Shown here one piece after another: positions 1 to 8,561 of a DNA stretch of 40,559 nt. The notes beneath the pieces are model-generated. The model made no database searches. It was not told where the DNA came from and worked only from the letters and a program-made list of their open reading frames with translations. The position numbers were made by a program, and so were the translations under genes. Source of the DNA: a virus (taxonomy: Duplodnaviria > Heunggongvirae > Uroviricota > Caudoviricetes); IMG/VR virus record IMGVR_UViG_2541047813_000005, positions 1 through 40,559 of that record. One strand, 5' to 3'. Numbering within the stretch: the first letter of the stretch is position 1; each line of letters starts with the position of its first letter.

Positions 1-223
1 TCAGCTATCAATGAGAAAATAAAATATAAATAAATCAATGCATTGAAACAAACCACTTAGCAGATACCACGAAAAATACCATGTCTCAATAATAGAGCTG
101 TCTACAGGCTGTTCAGACGAACAATATGGCCGCTCTACTCCTAATAGAGTCCTTAGCTCGGTCACATCACTAATTTCAACATAGATGTGAACAAAATGAG
201 GCATCAACGCACCTATTCAGTTA

Positions 224-1738
224 GTGTATTTGATATCGTATGTGGCAACAAAAAATGGAGTTACAATCTTGAAAGTAAGCGAGTTATCTAGCCAAATTGG
301 CCGACTTTACGGCTTAAACAACATCAACATAATTATGGGCCGAAACGGTGCGGGAAAAAGTCGTTTCCTTCGTGATATCGAACAAACAATCAGCCAGAAC
401 AAGCAGCAATTTTATGTCCGGTATGTAAGTCCAGAGCGAGCAGGATCGTTCAAGCGTGATGGCACCGTCCTCACAAATATGAGCGACAACCCCGAATGGC
501 TGAGGCACACTCGGGCAGTTAATCAGGCAAGCAACTTCAAAGCTGCATCGGCTATGCTATTTCGCGAGGCCGAGACGCTTTACTTACGTCGACTTGCCAA
601 TACTCCGGAAATTCGAACTGATCTAACGCGAAACTTTCAGACAGACCGATTAAGTAAAATTAATCAGCTTCTCACTAACATTTCGCTCGAGATGGGTAAT
701 GTCGATTATGAGTTTCGATCACTTGTAGATGGTCAGATTATTGATCCGGCCCAAATCAGTAGCGGTGAATCGGAAGCGGTTGCATTAGCCGCGGAAATCA
801 TCTATTTCTTCGACACAATAGATCCGGAGAAATTCAACGTACTCCTCCTCGATGAGCCTGATGTACATCTGCACCCCGACCTCCAAGCTAGACTGGGCAA
901 GCTGATAATCAGTATGCTCGACGAATTTAGAACACACGCGAACAGTATTGCCATATGCTTATCCACCCATAGTTCCCCGCTCGTCTGTTCTCTTGCCGCC
1001 TCCCCATATGTATCAATCGGCACGAAGAGCTTTGCAGTGAATGAAATCTCATTGATACCGGCCAGCGATGAACTTCGAAAGATTGCACCATTCTTCGGGC
1101 ACCCCCTATCGCTTTCTCTTAGCGAAGACGCTGCATTAATTTTGGAAGGAGAGGACGACGAACGAGTCTGGCAACAAGCGGCCAGAACATCACAGGGTCG
1201 AATAAAAATCTTTCCCGTACTAGCAGGTAGCGTAGATCAACAGAGTCAACTTGAGGATTTTTGCGTAGACCTCCTTAGTACACTCTATGACAATCCAATC
1301 GCCTTTTCCCTTCGTGATGGCGATGGTGTAATCAACGAGTCGCTTGAACATCGCCTACCTCTTAAACGCTATCGCTTACGATGCTACGCTATCGAAAATG
1401 TTCTTTTGACTGATTCATGCCTTGCAGTAATGAATGTTACATGGGTGGAATTTGTAGACGCAGCCAAAAAATGGGTTGAGGATAATCAAACACACTCCGA
1501 CATAGCGTTGATTGCAAAACTAATGGAATCGAACGACCGATTGCGTCACAAGAAGATCAAGAAAATCCGCCAACTCGTCTGTGCTATTGTTGAGTGTAAA
1601 AAACCTTGGGAGGTAGTAGTTGGACAAGCAATCGGGGCATTGACCAGAGAAGACCTTGAAAACTCGAATATGTTGATCGATTTTCTTGGAGGAGAGATGG
1701 TCAGCGACGTCATCTTCAGGGACGCAATAAACCCATGA
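224..1738 (+). CDS. ABC-type ATPase fused to Toprim/OLD-like nuclease domain (candidate anti-phage defence protein)
   Basis: 504-aa ORF; Walker A 'GRNGAGKS', Walker B/D-loop 'LLLDEPDVHLHP', H-loop-like 'STHSSP'; C-terminal acidic motifs 'ILEGEDDE' and 'LRDGDG' resembling the Toprim Glu and DxD; likely true start TTG at 269 (GGAG 8 nt upstream). Confidence 0.65.
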   Translation: MYLISYVATKNGVTILKVSELSSQIGRLYGLNNINIIMGRNGAGKSRFLRDIEQTISQNKQQFYVRYVSPERAGSFKRDGTVLTNMSDNPEWLRHTRAVNQASNFKAASAMLFREAETLYLRRLANTPEIRTDLTRNFQTDRLSKINQLLTNISLEMGNVDYEFRSLVDGQIIDPAQISSGESEAVALAAEIIYFFDTIDPEKFNVLLLDEPDVHLHPDLQARLGKLIISMLDEFRTHANSIAICLSTHSSPLVCSLAASPYVSIGTKSFAVNEISLIPASDELRKIAPFFGHPLSLSLSEDAALILEGEDDERVWQQAARTSQGRIKIFPVLAGSVDQQSQLEDFCVDLLSTLYDNPIAFSLRDGDGVINESLEHRLPLKRYRLRCYAIENVLLTDSCLAVMNVTWVEFVDAAKKWVEDNQTHSDIALIAKLMESNDRLRHKKIKKIRQLVCAIVECKKPWEVVVGQAIGALTREDLENSNMLIDFLGGEMVSDVIFRDAINP

Positions 1739-1753
1739 GAATGACCTGATACT

Positions 1754-2149
1754 ATGACCACGATTGATCCGCCCTCATGGTATCAGTATTTATTTTATAA
1801 CCCGCCTCTCAATACACCAAGAGATTGCGGTAAAGTGGAGCAGCATGATTACCAGCTTTATCTGGCGATAAATGATATTGAGCATACGAAAACGAAAGCA
1901 ATGTCATCTAAGACCAATAGTATCTGCGAGCAGTTCCATAAAACGATACTGAACGAGTTTTATCAGGTGACGTTCCGCAAAAAGTTATATGATGATCTTG
2001 AAGCATTACAATCGGTTCTTGATGAATGGCGGGTTCACTATAATAATGAGCGAACCCATCAGGGAAAAATGTGCAGTGGCCGAACGCCGATGGAAACGTT
2101 ACTTGATGGAAAGCACATCTGGGATGAGAAAAACTTAAGCCAGATGTAA
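1754..2149 (+). pseudogene. IS transposase C-terminal remnant (DDE/rve integrase-core fragment)
   Basis: 131-aa ORF abutting the ATPase stop; C-terminal 'EWRVHYNNERTHQGKMCSGRTPMETL' matches the conserved tail of rve-type transposases; no N-terminal or DD part present. Confidence 0.55.
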
Positions 2150-2242
2150 TCTGACAGATACCTTTATAAATAGCCGGTAATTGTCAGATCAGGTCTGATC
2201 TAATACAACTTAACTGTGTTATGAGCAATACTGAGGATGGAT

Positions 2243-3013
2243 ATGGAACCAGAGAAATTTGCTGAAACTGCAATAGGATTTACCAAAAGCCCTCTTGGTA
2301 TCATTGCACTCTTTATTGTTCTCGTTTATGGATTTGCCTCTTTCGTCGTTGGCTTTGGTAATGGCTTATCAGAGCATATAGCTCCCCTTATTTATTTCAT
2401 GGTTTTCTTTCCTGTCATTGTGTTTCTTGGCTTTCTCTGGCTTGTTGCGAAACATCATAATAAGCTTTACGGGCCGTCAGATTTCAAAGATGAAAATAAT
2501 TTTTTAAGAGCGCAAATAGCTACAGCAGCATCATTGACCGCCGCCACAGCAAAACAGCCTGAAAATAGTGCAGGGGTCACTGAAAGCCAACTGCGAAAAA
2601 TCGTCAACGTTGTATCCAATGCAAAACGGCAGAGTAAGCATGAAAAATGGCGAAATCGTATTTTATGGGTGGATGATCGACCAGAAAATAATGTTTACGA
2701 AAGACAGGCATTTGAGGCACAGGGAATAGAGTTCGCTTTAGCTCTTTCAACTGACGAAGCCTTAGAATTGTTAAAAACAAATAAGTTTGCAGCTATTATT
2801 TCGGATATGGATCGCAAAGAAGGGGCGCAAGAAGGTTATGTCTTACTAGAAAGATTACGCGCAATGGGAGACAAAACTCCTTTTATGATCTATGCGTCCT
2901 CAGATCTACCAGAGCACAAGAGAATGGCGAGAGAAAGAGGTGCAATTGGCTCCACTAATCGAGCAGAAGAACTCTTTCAAATTGTCATGGGTGCGATTAC
3001 CAATGGCTCATAA
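2243..3013 (+). CDS. Membrane protein with two N-terminal TM helices and C-terminal CheY-like receiver (REC)-like domain
   Basis: ORF 2237..3013; ATG at 2243 preceded by GAGGA; hydrophobic segments 'LGIIALFIVLVYGFASFVVGFG' and 'LIYFMVFFPVIVFLGFLWLV'; REC-like pattern 'ILWVDD', 'AAIISDMDR', 'FMIYASSD'; AT-rich codon usage. Confidence 0.55.
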   Translation: MEPEKFAETAIGFTKSPLGIIALFIVLVYGFASFVVGFGNGLSEHIAPLIYFMVFFPVIVFLGFLWLVAKHHNKLYGPSDFKDENNFLRAQIATAASLTAATAKQPENSAGVTESQLRKIVNVVSNAKRQSKHEKWRNRILWVDDRPENNVYERQAFEAQGIEFALALSTDEALELLKTNKFAAIISDMDRKEGAQEGYVLLERLRAMGDKTPFMIYASSDLPEHKRMARERGAIGSTNRAEELFQIVMGAITNGS

Positions 3014-3230
3014 CAAAGCCATTAAATTCGCCCCCTACGGCTACGGTTGCCGGGCGCTCACAACGGCCAGTATCTCATTTGTCGATTTGATCGATCTCAT
3101 TGTAAGCACTTCCGGCTAGACTGTTTTGGAATACCGCCATTTTGTTGGTAATGGCTTTTATCTTTAGGCCATAGCCGATGTTATAGAGTTACGGCCTTAA
3201 AAATAGAAGTCATACACTCAATGAAAAACC

Positions 3231-3263
3231 AATAAAAAATGCCAGTCAGCAAACTGACTGGCA
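3231..3263 (-). terminator. Rho-independent terminator ending the leftward lysis operon
   Basis: Hairpin gccagtcag/ctgactggc (3241..3263) followed on the minus strand by a U-run (plus-strand A-run 3231..3240). Confidence 0.55.
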
Positions 3264-3409
3264 TTAAAGTTAGTTGGAAAGGCTTAATTTACTATTTATA
3301 GCCAGTCCTACTCCCACTCAATTATTTACGACAACCATAACCAATTGAGTGATAACACTTTTCCAAGCCTCAACTTTTCCCGTACCGTTTTATATACCGT
3401 CACCGGAAA

Positions 3410-3907
3410 TCAGTGCCACGATTTTTGCTTCTTCAGTGAATCGTATTGCTGCTCGCAGAATTCCCCTGCGATACGATACTTTTCAGCCTCAGCTGCTGTT
3501 GCGTTGTAAACTCGGTTGCTTTCTTCAAGCATGTCGGCGAGCACACCGATGACCTTGCTGGCTGGCGTGCCAGGTGGGAAAGATCCGGTATAGTGTTCGG
3601 CGAGCCGCCTGGTTTTGTCAAGCTCGGCGCGCATGCTGTCAGCAGCGGAATTAGCATACTCAGCATCAGCACGCGCCGCATCGATACGGGATTGTGCTTC
3701 ACGTTCAATTTGTGTTTTCTCCTGCTCACGCTGTGACCTTAACTTATCATCAGCCTGTTTCTGATCTTCCTTCGCCTGCGCATACCCGGCATCGTACTGA
3801 CGGATGCCGTGCACATTCCAGGCAACAACTCCTGATATGACCAGAACAGCAAGCATCGCCACGATAAGTAACTGTTTACGGTATGCTTTTACAAATGCCC
3901 AGATCAT
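3410..3907 (-). CDS. Rz-like i-spanin (inner-membrane spanin)
   Basis: 165 aa; N-terminal TM helix then charged coiled-coil-like periplasmic region; last gene of lysis cassette; overlaps endolysin stop. Confidence 0.65.
   Translation of the reverse strand: MIWAFVKAYRKQLLIVAMLAVLVISGVVAWNVHGIRQYDAGYAQAKEDQKQADDKLRSQREQEKTQIEREAQSRIDAARADAEYANSAADSMRAELDKTRRLAEHYTGSFPPGTPASKVIGVLADMLEESNRVYNATAAEAEKYRIAGEFCEQQYDSLKKQKSWH
3433..3681 (-). CDS. Rz1-like o-spanin lipoprotein embedded in the +1 frame of the i-spanin gene
   Basis: Embedded ORF with signal peptide and lipobox '[12 protein letters not shown]', proline-rich mature part; start codon choice (3681 or 3666) uncertain. Confidence 0.45.
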   Translation of the reverse strand: MRRVLMLSMLIPLLTACAPSLTKPGGSPNTIPDLSHLARQPARSSVCSPTCLKKATEFTTQQQLRLKSIVSQGNSASSNTIH

Positions 3908-4533
3908 ACCGCCAGTACCTTACTTGCTGTGATGTACCGCGCACGCCGGTCGTCGATACCGTTTCTGCCACCATTGATAATCAGAGTTACACGTGCAATA
4001 TCGCCGGTATACTTCATGCATCCTTTGCTGGCGAAGAACCACGCCGCGCTACGAGCCGCATATTCGTCCTGCGCCAGCAGTTCAGGGCTCTCCAGCAGGT
4101 CAACCTTCAGACCGTTTCCGCAATCACGATAGTTATTCAAACCGGTAATCTGGATAAGTCCGCGCCCTCGGTAATTCCAGCCATCACCAGGGGCATTGTT
4201 CCCCATGCGTTTGCTGTATACCAGATTTGCGATCGCGCGCTGGCGCTCAAGTGGCAATGGTGGTTCACCAGCACGGCGCCCCAGTGCATTAGCCTGCCCC
4301 TGAGTGAGACGCCCAGCCCGAACGAAGTTAGCCAGTCCGCTGACACTGTAGTTGAAATTCTCCTCCAATCTGGTGAAGCCCCCAGACTCATGCCCGACCT
4401 GAGCAATAAACATTGCCTGATCTTCTGGTTTGCTGATACCAAACTCTTTCATAGCAGAAGTTATATGCGAGAACCAGCGTGCGGCCAGCGCCTCGCTAAT
4501 ACCAGCAGCTCGCTGGAATTGTTTAATCTCCAT
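3904..4533 (-). CDS. Endolysin, glycoside hydrolase family 19 (chitinase-like) type
   Basis: 209 aa; '[12 protein letters not shown]' and '[12 protein letters not shown]' motifs typical of GH19 phage endolysins; between holin and spanins. Confidence 0.8.
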   Translation of the reverse strand: MEIKQFQRAAGISEALAARWFSHITSAMKEFGISKPEDQAMFIAQVGHESGGFTRLEENFNYSVSGLANFVRAGRLTQGQANALGRRAGEPPLPLERQRAIANLVYSKRMGNNAPGDGWNYRGRGLIQITGLNNYRDCGNGLKVDLLESPELLAQDEYAARSAAWFFASKGCMKYTGDIARVTLIINGGRNGIDDRRARYITASKVLAV

Positions 4534-4831
4534 GTTTAGACCTCGTTATTTTGAAAATCTGAACGACGTTACCGCGAGTTTTAAGAACCGCAGCAAGCAT
4601 GACAGCGTTGATAATGACCTCAGATAAATCCACAGCCATTGGCGTGCGTAACCAGATTGCATAGACGACACGAACAGGAATACTGGCCGCAGCAACAATA
4701 AGGAAATAAGCAAGCCACCCTCCCCATCTTCGGTGTTGTGAACCGTTACGCCGGAATGTGACAACACGAATTGCTATACCAGTACAAATAACTGCATTGG
4801 TGATAAGCAAAAAAAACTCATGCGTTACCAT
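4523..4831 (-). CDS. Putative holin/antiholin (small membrane protein)
   Basis: 102 aa with several hydrophobic helices, immediately upstream of and overlapping the endolysin gene. Confidence 0.5.
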   Translation of the reverse strand: MVTHEFFLLITNAVICTGIAIRVVTFRRNGSQHRRWGGWLAYFLIVAAASIPVRVVYAIWLRTPMAVDLSEVIINAVMLAAVLKTRGNVVQIFKITRSKHGD

Positions 4832-5222
4832 CGTCTTTTCTCCCCGGAATTAACTCGCGTGGATTATCTGAACGGTGATAGAGCCAGATGCCAATTCGAA
4901 CTGCGACGATTGCTGACACGAATGCACCAGCAGAGAAAACAATCCCTTTCTCAAAAGAGTCCTGTGTGATGGTAGGGATCAGGGTGGCTATGCCGATAAG
5001 AATTGATGCTGCTGGTTTGTAAAAGAGAAGACCGCAAAGAAAGCTGAGCATCGACAGGAGCACCCGGCGGCGGATTGGATATTCTACAGCAGAGGTAACA
5101 AAAATTACTGCACCAGCCAAAGAACCCAACGCCACTTCTGGAGGTACTCCAGCTATTACTGCCGCAAGAGAACTCATACTAAGCCACTGATTTAAAGACT
5201 CACTAGTTAGTTGAACTGACAT
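4818..5222 (-). CDS. Putative holin / lysis-cassette membrane protein
   Basis: 134 aa, multiple predicted TM segments, first gene of the lysis cassette, overlaps next gene by 14 nt. Confidence 0.45.
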   Translation of the reverse strand: MSVQLTSESLNQWLSMSSLAAVIAGVPPEVALGSLAGAVIFVTSAVEYPIRRRVLLSMLSFLCGLLFYKPAASILIGIATLIPTITQDSFEKGIVFSAGAFVSAIVAVRIGIWLYHRSDNPRELIPGRKDDGNA

Positions 5223-5378
5223 AAAGACCGCCGATTACTGTGTATAATCCACCCCATTGGTTATTGGGTTTATAATACACATAAACCATATATGAATTAA
5301 ATTTTATGAGTCCACCTATCTCTAAATTACCCGTGAGGTGATATTGTTTCGTATCGCTATTTCCTACAGTATGGATAT

Positions 5379-5740
5379 ATGAATAACAGACATAATTGCT
5401 TTGACGTGATCAGGCTTATCGCATCACTTGTAGTCCTTGTAAGCCATCAATACCCAATTAGCGGCAGACCTGAGCCTTGCTTTTTCGGACTTACGTCGAT
5501 AGGTGGCATTGCTGTAATTGCTTTTTTCGCCCAACTAAACGTAACATCTTCGAAAAATATGCAAAGATTAGGATCAATCAGCGGATGATTTTTATCCATT
5601 CATTTTGCGCGGGTAAGTTATGTGGTGGGTTATCGGCATCCTTTCCGTGGTTCTCATCGTGGCGACGCTTGTCGTTAGGTCACATCTGCAGGATATTGAT
5701 AATGACTATTAGCCATAAGTGGTTTCAACGCTTTGGGTAA
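5379..5740 (+). pseudogene. Truncated/frameshifted acyltransferase-3 family (O-antigen acetyltransferase-like) lysogenic-conversion gene remnant
   Basis: N-terminus 'MNNRHNCFDVIRLIASLVVLVSHQ' matches the acyltransferase_3 start motif; reading frame breaks after about 70 aa; only about 120 codons remain before the convergent tailspike gene. Confidence 0.5.
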
Positions 5741-8078
5741 TGTAGTAGGCCACCCAGTTACCTGACTCATTAAATCTGTAAGCACAATTCAAACGAATCG
5801 GACCGATATTATTGAATGTGCTGAGCATTGTCCCACCAATACCATTTTTAACCAAAACTGTTGGGTTAGCAGATGATGACCCGGCTATCTTTATGTAAAC
5901 AATATCACCAACTACGGCAGACACTTTATCCAGCTCAATTGAATAGGTGAAGGCACCTGTACCAGCACTCATGATGATGTAGTACCTGGAGGGGTCAAGC
6001 CTTGGTTCTATTGTTAAAGTCCCAGCTGCTGCCACAGTGTGGTCGAGAAAGGTTCTCACCTGGAGGCTTGTATTTTGTGGAAACCTCGCCCTTGCCCTGT
6101 TGAAAGCGGGATCCATCACTGCGTAAAGTGGGCGAACGTTGTTTCTGTAGGATCTAACCAGAACATCACTACCGTGGAAGTCGTTGCTTTGTGATCCAGA
6201 AAGTGAGTGAACTGCCTCGACCTGGTTAATTGTCCCCTCTCCGACATAGCAGTCAGGGCTATTAACCACAAAATCGACGAACCTGATGTTTTGCGCAAAG
6301 TATGAGTTCAGGCGGAATGTGCTGTTTGTCGAGTTAACTACTGACTGAGCATTTGTGATTGAGTTGCCGACGATTGCGTGAATAGAGTTGATAGTCACTT
6401 CCTGGCAGTCAACCAGAAGCACCGCATCGTAAACAAGGTCAGTGGCAAATCCATCACTTTTATAGACTTCAATGTTTCCGATTTGCAGGGATGGCCTGTT
6501 TCTGGCTCGTACTCCGTTTTGCTTAACGTTGACGTGTACGTTATCGATAAATCCACCTGGCTCGCTGGCTGGGTTGGTTAGGTCGATTCCAACAAATGCC
6601 CCAAGCCCTTCGCTGTCCTTGACAACAAACCCTTCAACGCCGTCACTCAGTTCGACAAACTTCCACCAGTTGTTTGTGTTGAATCTGATGTCTACACCTA
6701 CGTTACCTCGAACGGACTTCATCTTAACGGCCACGCACTGGAATTGCGTACCTTCAACCTGCTGCACGTTATAGCTGCCGTATCCAGTGACATGCACTGA
6801 GCCGCTAAAAGCGTCGCCAATCAGCATGCCATTTACCCACGAATACTGTAGCACCGTCAGGTCATCACGCCCCTGTTGAGGACCGAAATGCGCTCCTAAT
6901 TTGAACTTCGCCCGGTGCGCAGTGAACATTTCCTCCCTGAGTGGAGTAAGAATACCGTACCGACCATTTCCGTTTTCCAGGCGAATCATGAATTTTCCGA
7001 TGTCGGCTTCTCCCTGGGAATAACTGGACTCCGGGTAGCTAACGGCCAGACCTACGGTCGATGCTGAGTCAGCATCCTTCACGCATAACTGGGTTTCTGT
7101 CCCAGCCGTATAAATTTTCACGCCATAGGGAACGGTTACGCACGCCGTCAGTGCGGAATCCCCTGTATGGTAGTTATCCATATCCAGAGAAACACCATTT
7201 GTAGGGCTCACCAGATATTTTCCTGCTGGCCAATAGAGTACCTTAGCTCCGCAATTGGACCAGCGGTTTAGGGCAAGAGTGTCATCTGCAATACCATCTC
7301 CCTTTGCTCCGAAGTGGTAAGGGGTAAGAAGATAGGTGTTGTGCTGATGTTGAGTAATAGTTACAGAATTAGCATAAGGTTGTTTAACTGCAACTAAAGC
7401 ATCCCCCTTTCCATCGGAAGAACTTGCTAACTGAATAAGCACATCAGATGCTGAACCAGATGGAGGAATAACAACAATCGCATTACCATCATTATCAAAT
7501 GCTGGCATCATATTCCGCCGAACTGCTGCTGGAGGTAACTGATTTATTGGCTCAGGAACTCGGAGAGTTCGGCTAAGGTTAGAGAATACAATGGTATCTA
7601 CATAGTTTTTTGTAGCTGCATCCTGAGGGTCGCGTGGGTCTTTCAGATTACGAATATAGTTATTAAGTGCGTCATACCAATTCGCTATACTGGATGGCTT
7701 ACACAACGCCAGCCGGAACCAGCTTCGAACCTGCTGAATCAGCATCGTTAGCTTATCAAAAGCATCCTCATGCACTTCTGCAAAGAACTTACCCTGATTA
7801 CGCAAATCAGTTTCCTGCGTAACCGGGAGGTCTCGTGATATAGAAATCTGATAACCGTTAGCCAACGCCTTCGACAGAATTACATTACCGCCGTTGTACC
7901 CTCCCGCACCAGTTACTGTGTAATCAGTATCAAGAGCCAGCACAGCAATATTTTCATCAAGGTCAACCACCTGAACAACCAGGTCTGATTTTTTGAAAAT
8001 ACGGAAGGTATACGGAAATGATGTCGTAACGCCGTTACCTGTGTATTCGTTGTGGTCAACTTCGGTTGAGACCGTCAT
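5709..8078 (-). CDS. Tailspike / tail fibre protein (receptor-binding)
   Basis: 789 aa; N-terminus 'MTVSTEVDHNEYTGNGVTTSFPYTFRIF' resembles the conserved particle-binding domain of podovirus tailspikes; Gly/Asn/Val-rich body consistent with beta-helix. Confidence 0.75.
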   Translation of the reverse strand: MTVSTEVDHNEYTGNGVTTSFPYTFRIFKKSDLVVQVVDLDENIAVLALDTDYTVTGAGGYNGGNVILSKALANGYQISISRDLPVTQETDLRNQGKFFAEVHEDAFDKLTMLIQQVRSWFRLALCKPSSIANWYDALNNYIRNLKDPRDPQDAATKNYVDTIVFSNLSRTLRVPEPINQLPPAAVRRNMMPAFDNDGNAIVVIPPSGSASDVLIQLASSSDGKGDALVAVKQPYANSVTITQHQHNTYLLTPYHFGAKGDGIADDTLALNRWSNCGAKVLYWPAGKYLVSPTNGVSLDMDNYHTGDSALTACVTVPYGVKIYTAGTETQLCVKDADSASTVGLAVSYPESSYSQGEADIGKFMIRLENGNGRYGILTPLREEMFTAHRAKFKLGAHFGPQQGRDDLTVLQYSWVNGMLIGDAFSGSVHVTGYGSYNVQQVEGTQFQCVAVKMKSVRGNVGVDIRFNTNNWWKFVELSDGVEGFVVKDSEGLGAFVGIDLTNPASEPGGFIDNVHVNVKQNGVRARNRPSLQIGNIEVYKSDGFATDLVYDAVLLVDCQEVTINSIHAIVGNSITNAQSVVNSTNSTFRLNSYFAQNIRFVDFVVNSPDCYVGEGTINQVEAVHSLSGSQSNDFHGSDVLVRSYRNNVRPLYAVMDPAFNRARARFPQNTSLQVRTFLDHTVAAAGTLTIEPRLDPSRYYIIMSAGTGAFTYSIELDKVSAVVGDIVYIKIAGSSSANPTVLVKNGIGGTMLSTFNNIGPIRLNCAYRFNESGNWVAYYITQSVETTYG

Positions 8079-8182
8079 GTTAAATCTCCAGATAGTCGCA
8101 GCACCCGTTGCGCCGCATATCTGGTTATTCTATTACCTGAAAAACCAGATATGGATAGCAAGACTGCAAATACGAATAGATA

Positions 8183-8197
8183 TTACCTTTCGGGTAA
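8183..8197. promoter_or_regulatory. Palindromic operator-like site ATTACC-TTTCG-GGTAAT
   Basis: Perfect TTACC-N5-GGTAA dyad in the intergenic region between the tailspike start and the small plus-strand ORF. Confidence 0.45.
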
Positions 8198-8272
8198 TTT
8201 GCAAAACGTGCTGGATAGCCAATAAATTATTTGGTACTGTTTATTAATACAGTTATTACATGGAGAGATAAG

Positions 8273-8530
8273 ATGCAGCGGTATCACTATCCACTGGAAG
8301 AAGGATTTACCGAAAGGATTCACACGCCGGGAGGCGTCAGGTCACTGGTGGAGGGATCGCACTTGATGAAATTACTCCGGGATCTCGATAAGGATGGATT
8401 TAATGTCGATGGCCCACTTGCCGAACTGACTGCACTGATTAACTACGTCACCAGCTCACAGATGTCTATGCAGGATCTGCAAACACATCTCGACTATTGT
8501 GCCGAACAACTACGAAAACAAACCACATAA
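8273..8530 (+). CDS. Hypothetical small protein (85 aa), opposite strand to late genes
   Basis: ORF 8231..8530; ATG 8273 with GGAG 7 nt upstream; operator-like site upstream; no recognisable motif. Confidence 0.4.
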   Translation: MQRYHYPLEEGFTERIHTPGGVRSLVEGSHLMKLLRDLDKDGFNVDGPLAELTALINYVTSSQMSMQDLQTHLDYCAEQLRKQTT

Positions 8531-8552
8531 AGAAAAGGCCGCGAAAGCGGCC
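8528..8552 (-). terminator. Hairpin terminator after small membrane-protein gene
   Basis: ggccgcgaaagcggcc hairpin (8537..8552) followed on the minus strand by UUUUCU. Confidence 0.5.
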
Positions 8553-8561
8553 TGTGACATG

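Noticed and set aside
1-207. Minus-strand ORF running off the left edge
   Set aside because: Only 68 codons visible, very AT-rich, no recognisable motif, and its start overlaps the likely promoter of the ATPase gene; cannot be assessed from this window.
2243-3013. C-terminal domain as a TIR domain
   Set aside because: The motif pattern (hydrophobic strand ending in DD, Asp after the third strand, Ser/Thr after the fourth) fits a receiver fold better; no TIR-like catalytic Glu context recognised. Still needs structural confirmation.
3014-3230. Exact prophage left boundary / att core in the gap between the TM-REC gene and the lysis terminator
   Set aside because: No tRNA fragment or identifiable direct repeat could be matched because the right-hand att copy is outside the window; boundary left unassigned.
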